A stretch of DNA of 64,000 nucleotides from Acholeplasma sp. (GCA_012838635.1 DUOW01000009.1:1540-65539); one strand, 5' to 3'. Positions 48,149 to 58,501 are shown, counted from the first letter of the stretch. Notes: generated from the sequence alone by a model not told the origin. Numbers and translations are program-made.

Positions 48149-50118
48149 TTAATATATATCCTTAATTAAACTTCTACATTAGCATACATATTCTCAAAAA
48201 CAAGTGCAAATGGTAAATGAACATTATTTAACATTCTGTTATATGTATGCGTAGAATTAACTTGATACTCAAGCTCAACACTACATGTTTCAATAACATT
48301 ACCAACCTCATTTTTTAAAACAGAAACACTTCCTTCTACAAACTGATATTCATGTCCATTTACAATAAGTGGTGCTACCCCAAAGTTAGAAACATTACTT
48401 GGATCACGATAGTTAATTGTAAAATCAAAGGAATTATTAGTTTCAACGCAAACTATACCTTTTAATTCAGGCTTATTAAAATTAGTCTGCTTAAATCCTT
48501 TTAAATCAGTAACAACATTGATACCATGAGAATCTTCATATGATAATTGATATTCATATTCAGTACCAGGTTGCAAACGATCAAATGTAACTACTCCTTC
48601 TACAACTTCTTTTTTTTCGTTGTTTAAAGTAACATATAACTTATTGATATCATGATCTAAATTTTCTTCAATATTAACACGTAAAGATAATTTCCTTGTC
48701 TCTGCTTTAGCGGCAACGTTAATTTTAGGTTTTCTTACCGCTACAAATAAACAATTTGAATCTCTTCTTTCACCACCATCACAAGGTGTATTCTTAACAA
48801 TAATGTTTCCTTCTTCGTCTCTTATTAGCAGTGTTGAAGAACCTCCACCATCTAAGTTATAACCACGAACACAACCATATCTTCTTAAAACAGCTGCCAT
48901 TTCATAAGAATCTAAACCATGTTTTCCGTTATTTCCATCTCGACCATCAACAACAATTAAGCATAAAGTACCATCTGGTTTTACACCAATAAAAGTACGT
49001 GGATGGCGAATATTTGTATGGAACAAACCATCAGCTACATCATTATAAAGGATTCTATTCATAAAAACACTTATGGCATTATCAACATTTGCATAAGAAC
49101 CACTATAAACTCTTTGCACTCTTACTTTAACACCTACAGCTAAAGCTGCTTTTAAAGCTTCATTTGTAGTGCAAATTGCAAATTGTTCTTTTTCTAAAGT
49201 AGCTAGGCTATTTTTATCAGTTGTACTAATAACTCCTTTGCCATAAAAATCACCATCAGTATCATTTGGAAGCCAAATTTCTGCATTTGCAACACCATAA
49301 AAACTAGCACTAGAATCTACTTCTTTAGGATTAAATGTATATGGTGCTGGCTCATTAGAAAAAGTACCATAATAAACACTTGTTTCCCCTAAATTAGGAG
49401 CAGCATTATGCTTATTTACACTATGACGAGAAATAGGATTATCATTTTCATCATAGACATCAATTATTGTAATTAAAGAGTTGTTTGCTTGTGATTGACT
49501 CATATAAGCAAGAGCACTTTCATTTTGTCTGCCATCTCTAATAAAACTCATTACACCTGGACCACTACTTTTTGATTTATAAAATTCTCCTAAACCAATC
49601 GTAACACCATTTGATTGTTCCATAAAAGGAAGTAATTTAGAAACATCAAATCCATCATCATTGATTGCGGCAATTACATGCCATTCAGGATTTTTAGCCT
49701 CAAAATCATAAATCATATTTCTAACAGTAGTTCGATTCCACTTATTGTCAGTATAATTCATCCACGGAATTAACTTAACCCCTGGAGTTGAAGGCACTTC
49801 TAAAACATTAACTTGTTGCGTGTAATAAAGCCCCTCTTTCACATAAGCATTAACTGGTCCTGCCCCATCAACATCTAAACCAATCATTGTTTTTGATGTA
49901 CTTTCACCTTGATGACGATAATGAATAACACCATAAGGTAAATGGTTAACTTCTGATACCTCATTTACTTTATAACTTCCTGTTTTATTTTGATCTCCAG
50001 AATCAGTATAAGTAGAATCAATTGCCTGAATTTATTGAGCTGGTAATAGCGATAAAGCTAATACTGAAACAAAAGAAAATATCATAAGTAAGCCTATAAT
50101 TCGTTTCAAATTTTTCAT
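48149..50118 (-). pseudogene. Array copy B of the phosphodiester glycosidase family, disrupted
   Basis: ATG 50118 (MKNLKRIIGLLMIFSFVSVLALSLLPAQ). In-frame TAA at 50034-50032 where copies A and C have GAA; same frame as track ORF 48166-49887. A 1-nt deletion at 48170/48171 gives premature TAA 48168-48166; the restored frame reads ..LIKDIY* ending at 48149. Confidence 0.8.
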
Positions 50119-50160
50119 TTTCTTTTCTCCTTTGACACCTTTAAGTATAGCAAAAAATTG

Positions 50161-50196
50161 CTATAAAAAAAGACCAAAATGGTCTTTTGGTCTTTT
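50161..50196 (-). terminator. Terminator after array copy C
   Basis: AAAGACCAAAA (50169-50179) / TTTTGGTCTTT (50185-50195), with a nested AAGACCA/TGGTCTT alternative; T-run on the minus strand. Confidence 0.65.
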
Positions 50197-50208
50197 GTTT
50201 TTTAAAAA

Positions 50209-52182
50209 TTAATATATATCTTTAATTAAATTCTCCAAGTTCGCATACATATTCTCTACAGGAAGCGCAAACGGCAAGTGAGCATTATTTATTGCTTGTT
50301 CATAGTTAGCAACGGCATTTACTTGATACTCTATTTGAAGAACACAAGTTTCAATTTTCTCGCCAACTTCACTTTTTTGAACTGAAACAGCTCCATCTAC
50401 AAGTTGATATTCATGTCCATTAACAATAATTGGTGCTGTTTTAAAGTTCGAAATATTGTTTGGATCACGATAATCAACCGTAAAATCAAACTTATCAGCA
50501 CTTTCAATACATTTAATGCTCTTTAATTCTGGTTTATTGTAGTTTGTTTGAGCTTTACCTTTAATATCCATATTTAAGGCAATACCATTACTATCTTCAT
50601 ATGATAATTGATAATCATATTCAGTTCCTGCTTGTAAGCGATCAAAAGTAACTACACCATCAACTACTTGTTTTTTCTCATTATTTAATGAAACATATAA
50701 TTTATTAATATCATGGTCTAAATTTTCTGTAACATTAACACGTAAAGTTATCTTTCTTGTTTCTGCTTTTGCAGTAACATTAACCTTAGGTTTTCTTACA
50801 GCTACAAATAAACAGTTACCATCTGTTCTTTCCCAACCATCAGAAGGTTGGTTTTTAACAACAATATTTCCCTCAGCATCTTTAATAATTAAAGTTGATG
50901 AACCACCACCGTCTAAGTTATAACCACGAACACAGCCATATCTTCTTAAAATAGCAGCCATTTCTGGGCCATCAACACCATGCATACCAATTAAACCATT
51001 ACGTCCATCTGCTATAACTAAGCAAATAGTACCATCAGCTTTTACACCTAAGAAAGTACGAGGGTGACGAGTTCCAGCTTGGAAACCATCAGATACGCCA
51101 TTATTCAAAATTCTTCCGCCAAAGACACTCATTGCATTATCAATATGAGCATAAGAACCACTATAAACTCTTTGAACTCTAACCTTTACACCAACAGCTA
51201 AAGCATCTTTTAAATCTGCATCCATTGTACAAATAGCAAATTGTTCTTTTTGTAAAGTAGATAAACTACTTTTATCTGTTGTACTGATAATACCTTTACC
51301 GTAAAAGTCTCCGCCTTGGTCATTTGGAAGCCAAATCTCTGCGCTAGCAATACCATAAAAATATGCATTAGCATCTACTTCTTTTGGATAAAAAGTATAT
51401 GAAGCAGGTGAGTTTGTAAATGTACCATAATAAACACTAGATTCACCAACATTAGGTGCGCTATTATGTTTATGAATGCTATGACGAGAAATAATATTAT
51501 CATTTTCATCATATACATCAACAACAGTAATCAATGAATTGTTTGCGGCAGATGCTCCTAAAAAAGCAAGTGATCCTTCGTTTTGTCTACCATCTCTAAC
51601 AAAACCCATTACGCCATTTCCTGTAGTTGTTGATTTAAAGAAATCTCCATTACTAATCGTAACACCATTAGATTGTGCTGGGAATGGTAACTTTTTATTA
51701 ATATCAAATCCATCACCGTTAATACCACCAATAACTGTCCACTCTGGGTTTTTAGCTTCAAAATCTCTAATAAAGTTTCTTACAGTAGTAAGATTCCATT
51801 TATTACCAGTGTAGTTCATCCATGGAATTAACTTAACACCAGGTGTTGATGGTACCTCCAAAACGTTAACTTGTTGTGCATAATATTGTCCCTTTACAAA
51901 TCCTTCAGTACTTGGTCCATAAATACCATCTACGTCAGATCCAGCTGCAATACTATCTGATGTACTTTCACCTTGGTGGCGATAATGTACAACACCATAT
52001 GGTAAATGATTAATCTCTGATACTTCATTTACCTTATATCTACCAGTTTTCGCAGCATCTCCTGAATCTGTATAAGCAGTATCAATCGCACTGACTTCTT
52101 TAGCAGGCATTACTGCTAATCCCAAAACTAAAACAAAACAAAATACAGTTAATAAACCTATAATCCTTTTAATATTTTTCAT
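50209..52182 (-). CDS. Exported phosphodiester glycosidase (NAGPA/DUF2233-like) family protein, array copy C
   Basis: 657 aa; MKNIKRIIGLLTVFCFVLVLGLAVMPAKEVSA signal; GINGDGFD, PRTFLGVKADGT, GYNLDGGGSSTL, SDGWERTDGNC. By eye closest to copy B. Confidence 0.7.
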   Translation of the reverse strand: MKNIKRIIGLLTVFCFVLVLGLAVMPAKEVSAIDTAYTDSGDAAKTGRYKVNEVSEINHLPYGVVHYRHQGESTSDSIAAGSDVDGIYGPSTEGFVKGQYYAQQVNVLEVPSTPGVKLIPWMNYTGNKWNLTTVRNFIRDFEAKNPEWTVIGGINGDGFDINKKLPFPAQSNGVTISNGDFFKSTTTGNGVMGFVRDGRQNEGSLAFLGASAANNSLITVVDVYDENDNIISRHSIHKHNSAPNVGESSVYYGTFTNSPASYTFYPKEVDANAYFYGIASAEIWLPNDQGGDFYGKGIISTTDKSSLSTLQKEQFAICTMDADLKDALAVGVKVRVQRVYSGSYAHIDNAMSVFGGRILNNGVSDGFQAGTRHPRTFLGVKADGTICLVIADGRNGLIGMHGVDGPEMAAILRRYGCVRGYNLDGGGSSTLIIKDAEGNIVVKNQPSDGWERTDGNCLFVAVRKPKVNVTAKAETRKITLRVNVTENLDHDINKLYVSLNNEKKQVVDGVVTFDRLQAGTEYDYQLSYEDSNGIALNMDIKGKAQTNYNKPELKSIKCIESADKFDFTVDYRDPNNISNFKTAPIIVNGHEYQLVDGAVSVQKSEVGEKIETCVLQIEYQVNAVANYEQAINNAHLPFALPVENMYANLENLIKDIY

Positions 52183-52233
52183 AAAATTCTCCTTCTTTGT
52201 ATATTATATCACAATTATTTTCAAACAAACATT

Positions 52234-54204
52234 TTAATTATAAATCTTAATAATTTCATTATCAGTTTCTATTTGAGCATCATTTAAAGTTCTAAAACTT
52301 AAAAGATGCGGGTTATGATAAACAATTGTTCTTGATGGAAGAGGCCCTGCTGCCCCATCATAGTCAAATGTTAAGAAGATAACAACAGTATCAATTTGAG
52401 GAACAGCATCAGTTTTAGGGACTGCAAAATCATAAACACCAGTTTCATCATTCCATACTAACAAGAAATCAACCGAGAAAGTATTAACCCTTCCTCTAAT
52501 ACCATTGCTATCAATAATACTATCTACATTATCAAAATCAAGTTCGAGGATAAACGATTCACGAATCTTACCATAGAAGTCTCTGTCCCCTATCCGTATA
52601 TTCATACCATTAATTTTAAACATGTTTTTCAAAGTATAGAAATAACCTTGAGTTAACAAATTCGTTTCGTTCCCCAAACTGTCTTTATAACCAAATTTAT
52701 AGAAATAATAACTATTTGAATTTAAATTAGCAATTGTTACAGTCTTTTCCCCAGCTGGATAATAATATTTTTGATTATCAACTTCAACGAACAATTCAGT
52801 AATATCGTGGCCATTATTATTAAGTACATCAGCTCTAATTGTTACTGAATTTTCAGTAATATTTTCTGTTTGTGATGCTAAAGTAGGATCTTTAGCAACT
52901 ATCAAAATACAGTTTCCATCTGATCTTTCTTGGCCATCTGAAGGCGAGTTTGTTACTTGAAAATCTCCATCTTTTTTAATAAGTAATGTTGAAGAACCAC
53001 CACCATCTAAGTTATAGCCATCAACACAACCATAATATTTTAATAAAGCTGATAAGCCAGCATAAGATAAACCATAAAATCCTTTACCAAATTGACGTCC
53101 ATCAATTACAAACATCATAATTGTTCCATCAGCTTTTTTACCAATGATTGTTCTTGGATGAACATCTTCGTTTCCAGTTGAAGGTGCTTCACCATCTTTA
53201 AGTAACACAGCGCCAAAGACACCAATCGCATTTTCAATATCTGAGTATTCTCCACCTAAACGATATTGAACACGAATACGAGTATTTAAGGCTAATTGAT
53301 TATTTAATTCTTCGTTATTTGAAGCAATAGCAAATTGTCCAATTTGTAAATCAATTTGATTTTCATTACTAGCAATCGTACCTATACCATAAAAATCATC
53401 AGCACTATTAGGTAAAGCTGTTTCAGCTGATTTTACAACCCACGATTTTAATCCATCAAAGTTATAAGCACATGGCCTATAAACATGGTTAGCTTCTGTT
53501 GTGTTTTCATACATTCCATAAAATAATGCTATTTCTCCATCACCTGGAGTTTGATTAGATTTTTGAATTACATATGATTTTAAAACTGTTTCATTTTCAT
53601 CAATAATTTCTAATGTTAATACTCTTTCAGCTGTATTTGGGATATTAACTAAGGTATCTGTTGTACCATCATGTCTAAAGCCAATGACCCCACTAGCATC
53701 ACCTAATGATGATTTAAAGAAGTTTCCAAAACCTGCTGTAATATCTTGAGGTTGTTTAGGGAAAGGTAGTTTCGAATTAATATCGAACCCATCACCATTA
53801 ATTGCCCCAATTACCTTATACTCTGGATATTTACTCTCAAAATCAGCTGCTAAAGCTCTAACTTTTGTTAGCGCCCATTTATTATCATCAACTTTAGCCC
53901 AAGGTACAAATGCTACATTAGCATCTTTAGAAATCTCTAATGAGTTTACTTGTTGTGATAAATAAGTGTCAATTTCTGGAACACTTCCATCAGCTGTTTT
54001 TTCATGACTATAGGCCCAATCTCTTCGGTGAACAATACCATAAGGTAACTCGTTTGTTTCCAAATTTTCCTCCACAAAGAAATAAGCACCATCTGCATAG
54101 CTTACATCATCTGGTACTGTATCAGGTTTAGCATTTAAAATCACAGTACCAAAAAAGACAAAAATAAAACTAAATAAACCAATTAATATTTTTCTTACTT
54201 TCAT
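52234..54204 (-). CDS. Exported phosphodiester glycosidase family protein, divergent array copy D
   Basis: 656 aa; MKVRKILIGLFSFIFVFFGTVILNA signal; AINGDGFD, PRTIIGKKADGT..VIDGRQ, GYNLDGGGSSTL, SDGQERSDGNC. Its GGAGG RBS directly abuts the cls TAA. Confidence 0.7.
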   Translation of the reverse strand: MKVRKILIGLFSFIFVFFGTVILNAKPDTVPDDVSYADGAYFFVEENLETNELPYGIVHRRDWAYSHEKTADGSVPEIDTYLSQQVNSLEISKDANVAFVPWAKVDDNKWALTKVRALAADFESKYPEYKVIGAINGDGFDINSKLPFPKQPQDITAGFGNFFKSSLGDASGVIGFRHDGTTDTLVNIPNTAERVLTLEIIDENETVLKSYVIQKSNQTPGDGEIALFYGMYENTTEANHVYRPCAYNFDGLKSWVVKSAETALPNSADDFYGIGTIASNENQIDLQIGQFAIASNNEELNNQLALNTRIRVQYRLGGEYSDIENAIGVFGAVLLKDGEAPSTGNEDVHPRTIIGKKADGTIMMFVIDGRQFGKGFYGLSYAGLSALLKYYGCVDGYNLDGGGSSTLLIKKDGDFQVTNSPSDGQERSDGNCILIVAKDPTLASQTENITENSVTIRADVLNNNGHDITELFVEVDNQKYYYPAGEKTVTIANLNSNSYYFYKFGYKDSLGNETNLLTQGYFYTLKNMFKINGMNIRIGDRDFYGKIRESFILELDFDNVDSIIDSNGIRGRVNTFSVDFLLVWNDETGVYDFAVPKTDAVPQIDTVVIFLTFDYDGAAGPLPSRTIVYHNPHLLSFRTLNDAQIETDNEIIKIYN

Positions 54205-54215
54205 AAATTTCCTCC

Positions 54216-55754
54216 TTAAAGTAATGGTGAAAATATCTTTAAAATTACAAGTAAAATTCTTTTAAAAATATTGTTCTTCTTTATATTTTTAGCTTCAATT
54301 TCTTCCGAAATTGCAAATGTTTCAATAAAATCATTACGTAGATCTTTAACACTTTTTGTTTTATAGATTAAACTAATATCTTCATAATGCAAGTAGAAAC
54401 TACGAAAATCAAAATTAGATGTTCCAATAGTTCCAATAATATCATCGGCTATAACAGCTTTAGTATGATTAAATCCTGGAGTATATTCATAAATCTTAAC
54501 TTCTGCTTCAAGTAAAGGTTTATAGTTTTCTTTAGTAAGCAGATTCACAAACACTTTATCTGGCTTTTTGGGAGCAATAATTCTCACATCTACCCCTCTA
54601 GCTGCTGCTATTTTCAAAGCAAGTCTAAGCTCATCATCTAAAATTAAATATGGAGTAGAAATATAAACATATTTTTTAGCTGTATTAATCATTGTTAGAT
54701 AAACTTCATGAATTACGTGATTGTAATTTAATGGCCCATCTTGAAAAGAAATAACATAACCATCATCTTCTTTATCTTCCTGGTCTTTAATAAAATCTTT
54801 AGGATCTAAATGCTCTTTAGTTAGTGTCTCCCAAACATTCAAGAAGATTAAGACAAAGTTAGTAACACCTTTGCCAACTAATCTAATGCCTCCATCTTTC
54901 CAATAGCCAAATCTAATTTCACGATTAATATATTCATCACCAATATTAATACCACCAGTAAAAGCTATCTTTCCATCTACAACAACAATCTTACGATGAT
55001 CGCGATAATTATAAGAAATATTTAAAATAGGGAAAATACGATTAAATGTTTTAATTTTAACTCCCATTTTTCTTAATTTCTTTTTAAACCCAAATGGTAA
55101 ATCAATTGAACCACCAAAGTTATCATATACAAAGTAAACTTTAACACCTTCTTTTAGTTTAGCTTTAATAATTTCGATAATCTCTGATAACATCTTCCCT
55201 TTTCTTACAATAAAGAATTCTAAGAAAATATATTCTTTAGCACTTAGTAAGGCTTCTTTCATATCTTCATACATATCCTCGCCTCGAGTATAAATCTTCG
55301 TATCAGTTTTATCCCAAGCAGGTAAGTGACTTCTTGACCTTACTAACTTTTGAATGCTATTAAAGAAAGAATCAACATCATACTCTTCAGCAATTTCATC
55401 TGTAACTTTTTTTATTTTATCCGAATTAATTTTAAATTTCTTTTGTCTTGCTTTATAAGATAAAGTATTAGCCGTTAAAAGATAAAATAAGGGACCAGCA
55501 ACAGGAATAGTTGCTATTAGGACAAGCCAAGCGATAATGTATCTTGAATGATACTCTTTTCTACTAACTAAGGATACAATAGAAATAGCTACTAAAATTA
55601 AATGGATACTGGCTGTTATAATAACTGTAGTTCCTTCACTCTGACCTGCATAAAAAGTTACCAAAGTCAATGCTACAATCTCTAAAAAGATTATAAAAAT
55701 GAACAAAGCCCATTTATTTAAAAACATTTTAAGAAGTTTCTTAATCGTATTCAT
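54216..55754 (-). CDS. cls: Cardiolipin synthase (PLD superfamily)
   Basis: Two N-terminal TM helices and two HKD motifs (HRKIVVVDG...GGINIGDEY; HTKAVIADD...GTSNFDFRS). Confidence 0.9.
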   Translation of the reverse strand: MNTIKKLLKMFLNKWALFIFIIFLEIVALTLVTFYAGQSEGTTVIITASIHLILVAISIVSLVSRKEYHSRYIIAWLVLIATIPVAGPLFYLLTANTLSYKARQKKFKINSDKIKKVTDEIAEEYDVDSFFNSIQKLVRSRSHLPAWDKTDTKIYTRGEDMYEDMKEALLSAKEYIFLEFFIVRKGKMLSEIIEIIKAKLKEGVKVYFVYDNFGGSIDLPFGFKKKLRKMGVKIKTFNRIFPILNISYNYRDHRKIVVVDGKIAFTGGINIGDEYINREIRFGYWKDGGIRLVGKGVTNFVLIFLNVWETLTKEHLDPKDFIKDQEDKEDDGYVISFQDGPLNYNHVIHEVYLTMINTAKKYVYISTPYLILDDELRLALKIAAARGVDVRIIAPKKPDKVFVNLLTKENYKPLLEAEVKIYEYTPGFNHTKAVIADDIIGTIGTSNFDFRSFYLHYEDISLIYKTKSVKDLRNDFIETFAISEEIEAKNIKKNNIFKRILLVILKIFSPLL

Positions 55755-55835
55755 AGCATTCTCCTACAAATATATTATACCACAAATCAAATAAAAAATG
55801 CCTTTTATTTTAAAAAGCATTTTACTTTTTACAAA

Positions 55836-57077
55836 CTATTTAACTAACTTTTTTTCTAACTTTGCAAATCTTGGTAAACCTTCATCTTTCTTAAGATCAG
55901 GTTCTCCTTGAATTAAAGGTAAAGCATATTCAATAAACTCTTTTGTAACTCCAGTATGGTCTTTCTTAATCCATTCTAAAGGAACTTTCTTTTCCGCGTT
56001 AGCGATATGTTCCAAATCTAACATTTCATAAGAAATACTATATTCCTTTCCTTCACTACGTTTAAAAGTAATCATTTTATCAGTATGGCCTTCACAAGCA
56101 TATTCTACAGCCTTTTTACCAGCCATAAATGCTTCCCAAATATCTGTATTACTTGCAATGTGCGCTGCACATCTTTGCATTAAACTAAATTCAATATCTC
56201 TAACTTTAATTCCTGTATGAGCATTAATATGATTTGCAAGAAAAGCTGCAAGTCCTCCTAATTGAGCATGGCCAAATGAGTCACGGCTTACTGATGATGC
56301 ATATTCAGAAATATATTTACCGTCTTTATCTCTAATACCTTCACTAACAGCAATTAGAACTTTACCTTCTTTTCTTCTCGCAACTTCTTTTACTTCTTTT
56401 GTAAAGTCGTTTAAATCAAATGGTGTTTCAGGTAGATACATTAAATCTGGTCCATAACCTTTGTATGTAGCAAGTTCAGCTGCAGCTGTTAACCAACCAG
56501 CATTTCTACCCATAATCTCAACAACAGTAATTAGTGGAGTATTATAAACATGTGTGTCTAAATATAATTCCATCATTGTAGTTGCTACATATTTTGCGGC
56601 ACTACCATATCCAGGGCAATGATCAGTACCTTCTAAGTCATTATCAATAGTTTTAGGTACTCCCATAACTCTACAAGCATAACCTTCTTTTTGAAGATAT
56701 TTACTGATCTTATTACAAGTATCCATAGAATCATTTCCACCATTATAGAAGAAATAACGAATGTTATACTTTTTAAAAATTTCTAATAATCTTTTATAGT
56801 CTGTATCATCTTTTTTATAATCAGCAAGCTTATAACGAACTGTACCTAAAGCACTTGATGGTGTGTTCATTAATAACTTTAACTCATCTCGATCTTCTTT
56901 TGAGATATCAAATAATCTGTCATCTAAAATACCTTTAATTCCATACTCAGCTCCATAAACATTAGTAATGTTTTCTTGGTTCAATGCTTCTAAGAAAACT
57001 CCAGCTGCACTTGAGTTAATAACTGAAGTTGGTCCTCCTGATTGACCAAATAAAGCTGCTCCTTTTAAAACTTTCAT
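55836..57077 (-). CDS. pfp: Phosphofructokinase, predicted pyrophosphate-dependent
   Basis: GGPTSVINS, GGNDS, PKTIDNDL, MGRNAGW. Asp and Lys at the positions equivalent to E. coli PfkA Gly104/Gly124. Confidence 0.85.
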   Translation of the reverse strand: MKVLKGAALFGQSGGPTSVINSSAAGVFLEALNQENITNVYGAEYGIKGILDDRLFDISKEDRDELKLLMNTPSSALGTVRYKLADYKKDDTDYKRLLEIFKKYNIRYFFYNGGNDSMDTCNKISKYLQKEGYACRVMGVPKTIDNDLEGTDHCPGYGSAAKYVATTMMELYLDTHVYNTPLITVVEIMGRNAGWLTAAAELATYKGYGPDLMYLPETPFDLNDFTKEVKEVARRKEGKVLIAVSEGIRDKDGKYISEYASSVSRDSFGHAQLGGLAAFLANHINAHTGIKVRDIEFSLMQRCAAHIASNTDIWEAFMAGKKAVEYACEGHTDKMITFKRSEGKEYSISYEMLDLEHIANAEKKVPLEWIKKDHTGVTKEFIEYALPLIQGEPDLKKDEGLPRFAKLEKKLVK

Positions 57078-57144
57078 ATAAATCCTCCTTCAAATATCTT
57101 ATATATTATACTATATTTCCTTTACTTTTTCAATCTCTTTCTAC

Positions 57145-58476
57145 CTATTTACTCTTTCTTTCTAAATAAGTAAGTAATTCTAGACTATTAGTATTAGGAA
57201 ACATATCAAATGCTTTTATCTCTTTTACATTATAATAATCTTTCAATAATCCTAAATCTCTTGCTAGGGTAGCTTCGTTACAAGAAACATAAATAAGATG
57301 TTTAATGTCTTTTTGTTTGATTGTTTCGATTAAAGATTCATCTAATCCTTTTCGTGGTGGATCAACTACTAATAGATCAATGTTATTTATTTGCTCTAAT
57401 TTTTCTTCTGTTTTACCTAAAATAAACTTAGCATTTTTAATATTATTGATAGCTTTATTGTTATCAGCATTCTTAATTGCTTCAAAAACAACTTCAATTC
57501 CAATTACTTCCTTAACATATTTTGCTAAGAGTAAACTAATTGTCCCGACACCACAATAAGCATCAACAGCCCTTTTTACTTTCAAACTCTTAACTTTTTT
57601 AATAATTTCTTGATATAACATTAACATTACATCATAGTTAATTTGGAAAAATGAATTATAAGCAAGTTCAAATTTTAAACCATTAATTTCTTCAATAAAC
57701 TTTTTCTTAAAATATAACTCTTTTGTTTTAGAACCTAAAATGACATTTGTAGATTTACTATTGATATTTAAATGAACTTGAATAACTTCTGGATGTTCTT
57801 TTATAAGCTCCTTGATGATTCTATCTAAATTAGCTATTTTATTCTCTTTTGAAATTAAAACAACTACATATTCACCTATCTGGTTATTTCTAATTAAAAC
57901 AGCACGTAAAAGACCTGCTTTAGTTTTCTCATTATAAATTGGAACTTGATATTTATTTAAGATCTTATCTAATGAAACACTAATTTTACTAGCTGTATTT
58001 GTTTGTAAGAAACATTCTTCTAATTTAAAAACATTATGAGTTTCTTTTTGGTAAAAACCAGAATAAACCTCTTTATCTAAACAATAAAACATTTGAACTT
58101 TATTGCGATAATGGTATTGATCTTTACCATAAATACCATTAATTTTTAAATCAATATTACCTAGTTTTTTAAGTGTCCTTTGAGCTGAATCTAGTTTATG
58201 TTTTAGTTGTGCTTCATATTCTAAATGAAGTAAGGAACAGCCTCCACACTCATAGTAATGCTTACAAACAGGTTCAACTCTATCTGGAGACTTTTTCGTA
58301 AGCTTTTGGATTTCCCCAAAACAATAATTCTTTTTCACGCTAATTAATTTCACATCAGCTTCTTCATCTTTTAATAAATAAGGAACAAAAACAACCACAT
58401 TGTTATGCCTTGCAACACCATAACCATTAAAGTTTAAATCTGTTGCCTTTAATTTTAACACTTCATTTACTTTCAT
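57145..58476 (-). CDS. rlmCD: 23S rRNA (uracil-C5)-methyltransferase, RumA/RlmCD family
   Basis: N-terminal TRAM, Cys cluster C..CKHYYECGGCSLLHL, SAM motif DAYCGVGT, catalytic YVSCN. Confidence 0.8.
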   Translation of the reverse strand: MKVNEVLKLKATDLNFNGYGVARHNNVVVFVPYLLKDEEADVKLISVKKNYCFGEIQKLTKKSPDRVEPVCKHYYECGGCSLLHLEYEAQLKHKLDSAQRTLKKLGNIDLKINGIYGKDQYHYRNKVQMFYCLDKEVYSGFYQKETHNVFKLEECFLQTNTASKISVSLDKILNKYQVPIYNEKTKAGLLRAVLIRNNQIGEYVVVLISKENKIANLDRIIKELIKEHPEVIQVHLNINSKSTNVILGSKTKELYFKKKFIEEINGLKFELAYNSFFQINYDVMLMLYQEIIKKVKSLKVKRAVDAYCGVGTISLLLAKYVKEVIGIEVVFEAIKNADNNKAINNIKNAKFILGKTEEKLEQINNIDLLVVDPPRKGLDESLIETIKQKDIKHLIYVSCNEATLARDLGLLKDYYNVKEIKAFDMFPNTNSLELLTYLERKSK

Positions 58477-58501
58477 ATAAACCTCTTTTACTTATATATT
58501 A

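Noticed and set aside
46093-54204. The glycosidase array as a horizontally acquired mobile island or prophage remnant.
   Set aside because: There is no integrase, transposase, flanking direct repeat or tRNA. Composition and promoter/terminator style look native. Tandem duplication in place explains the structure.
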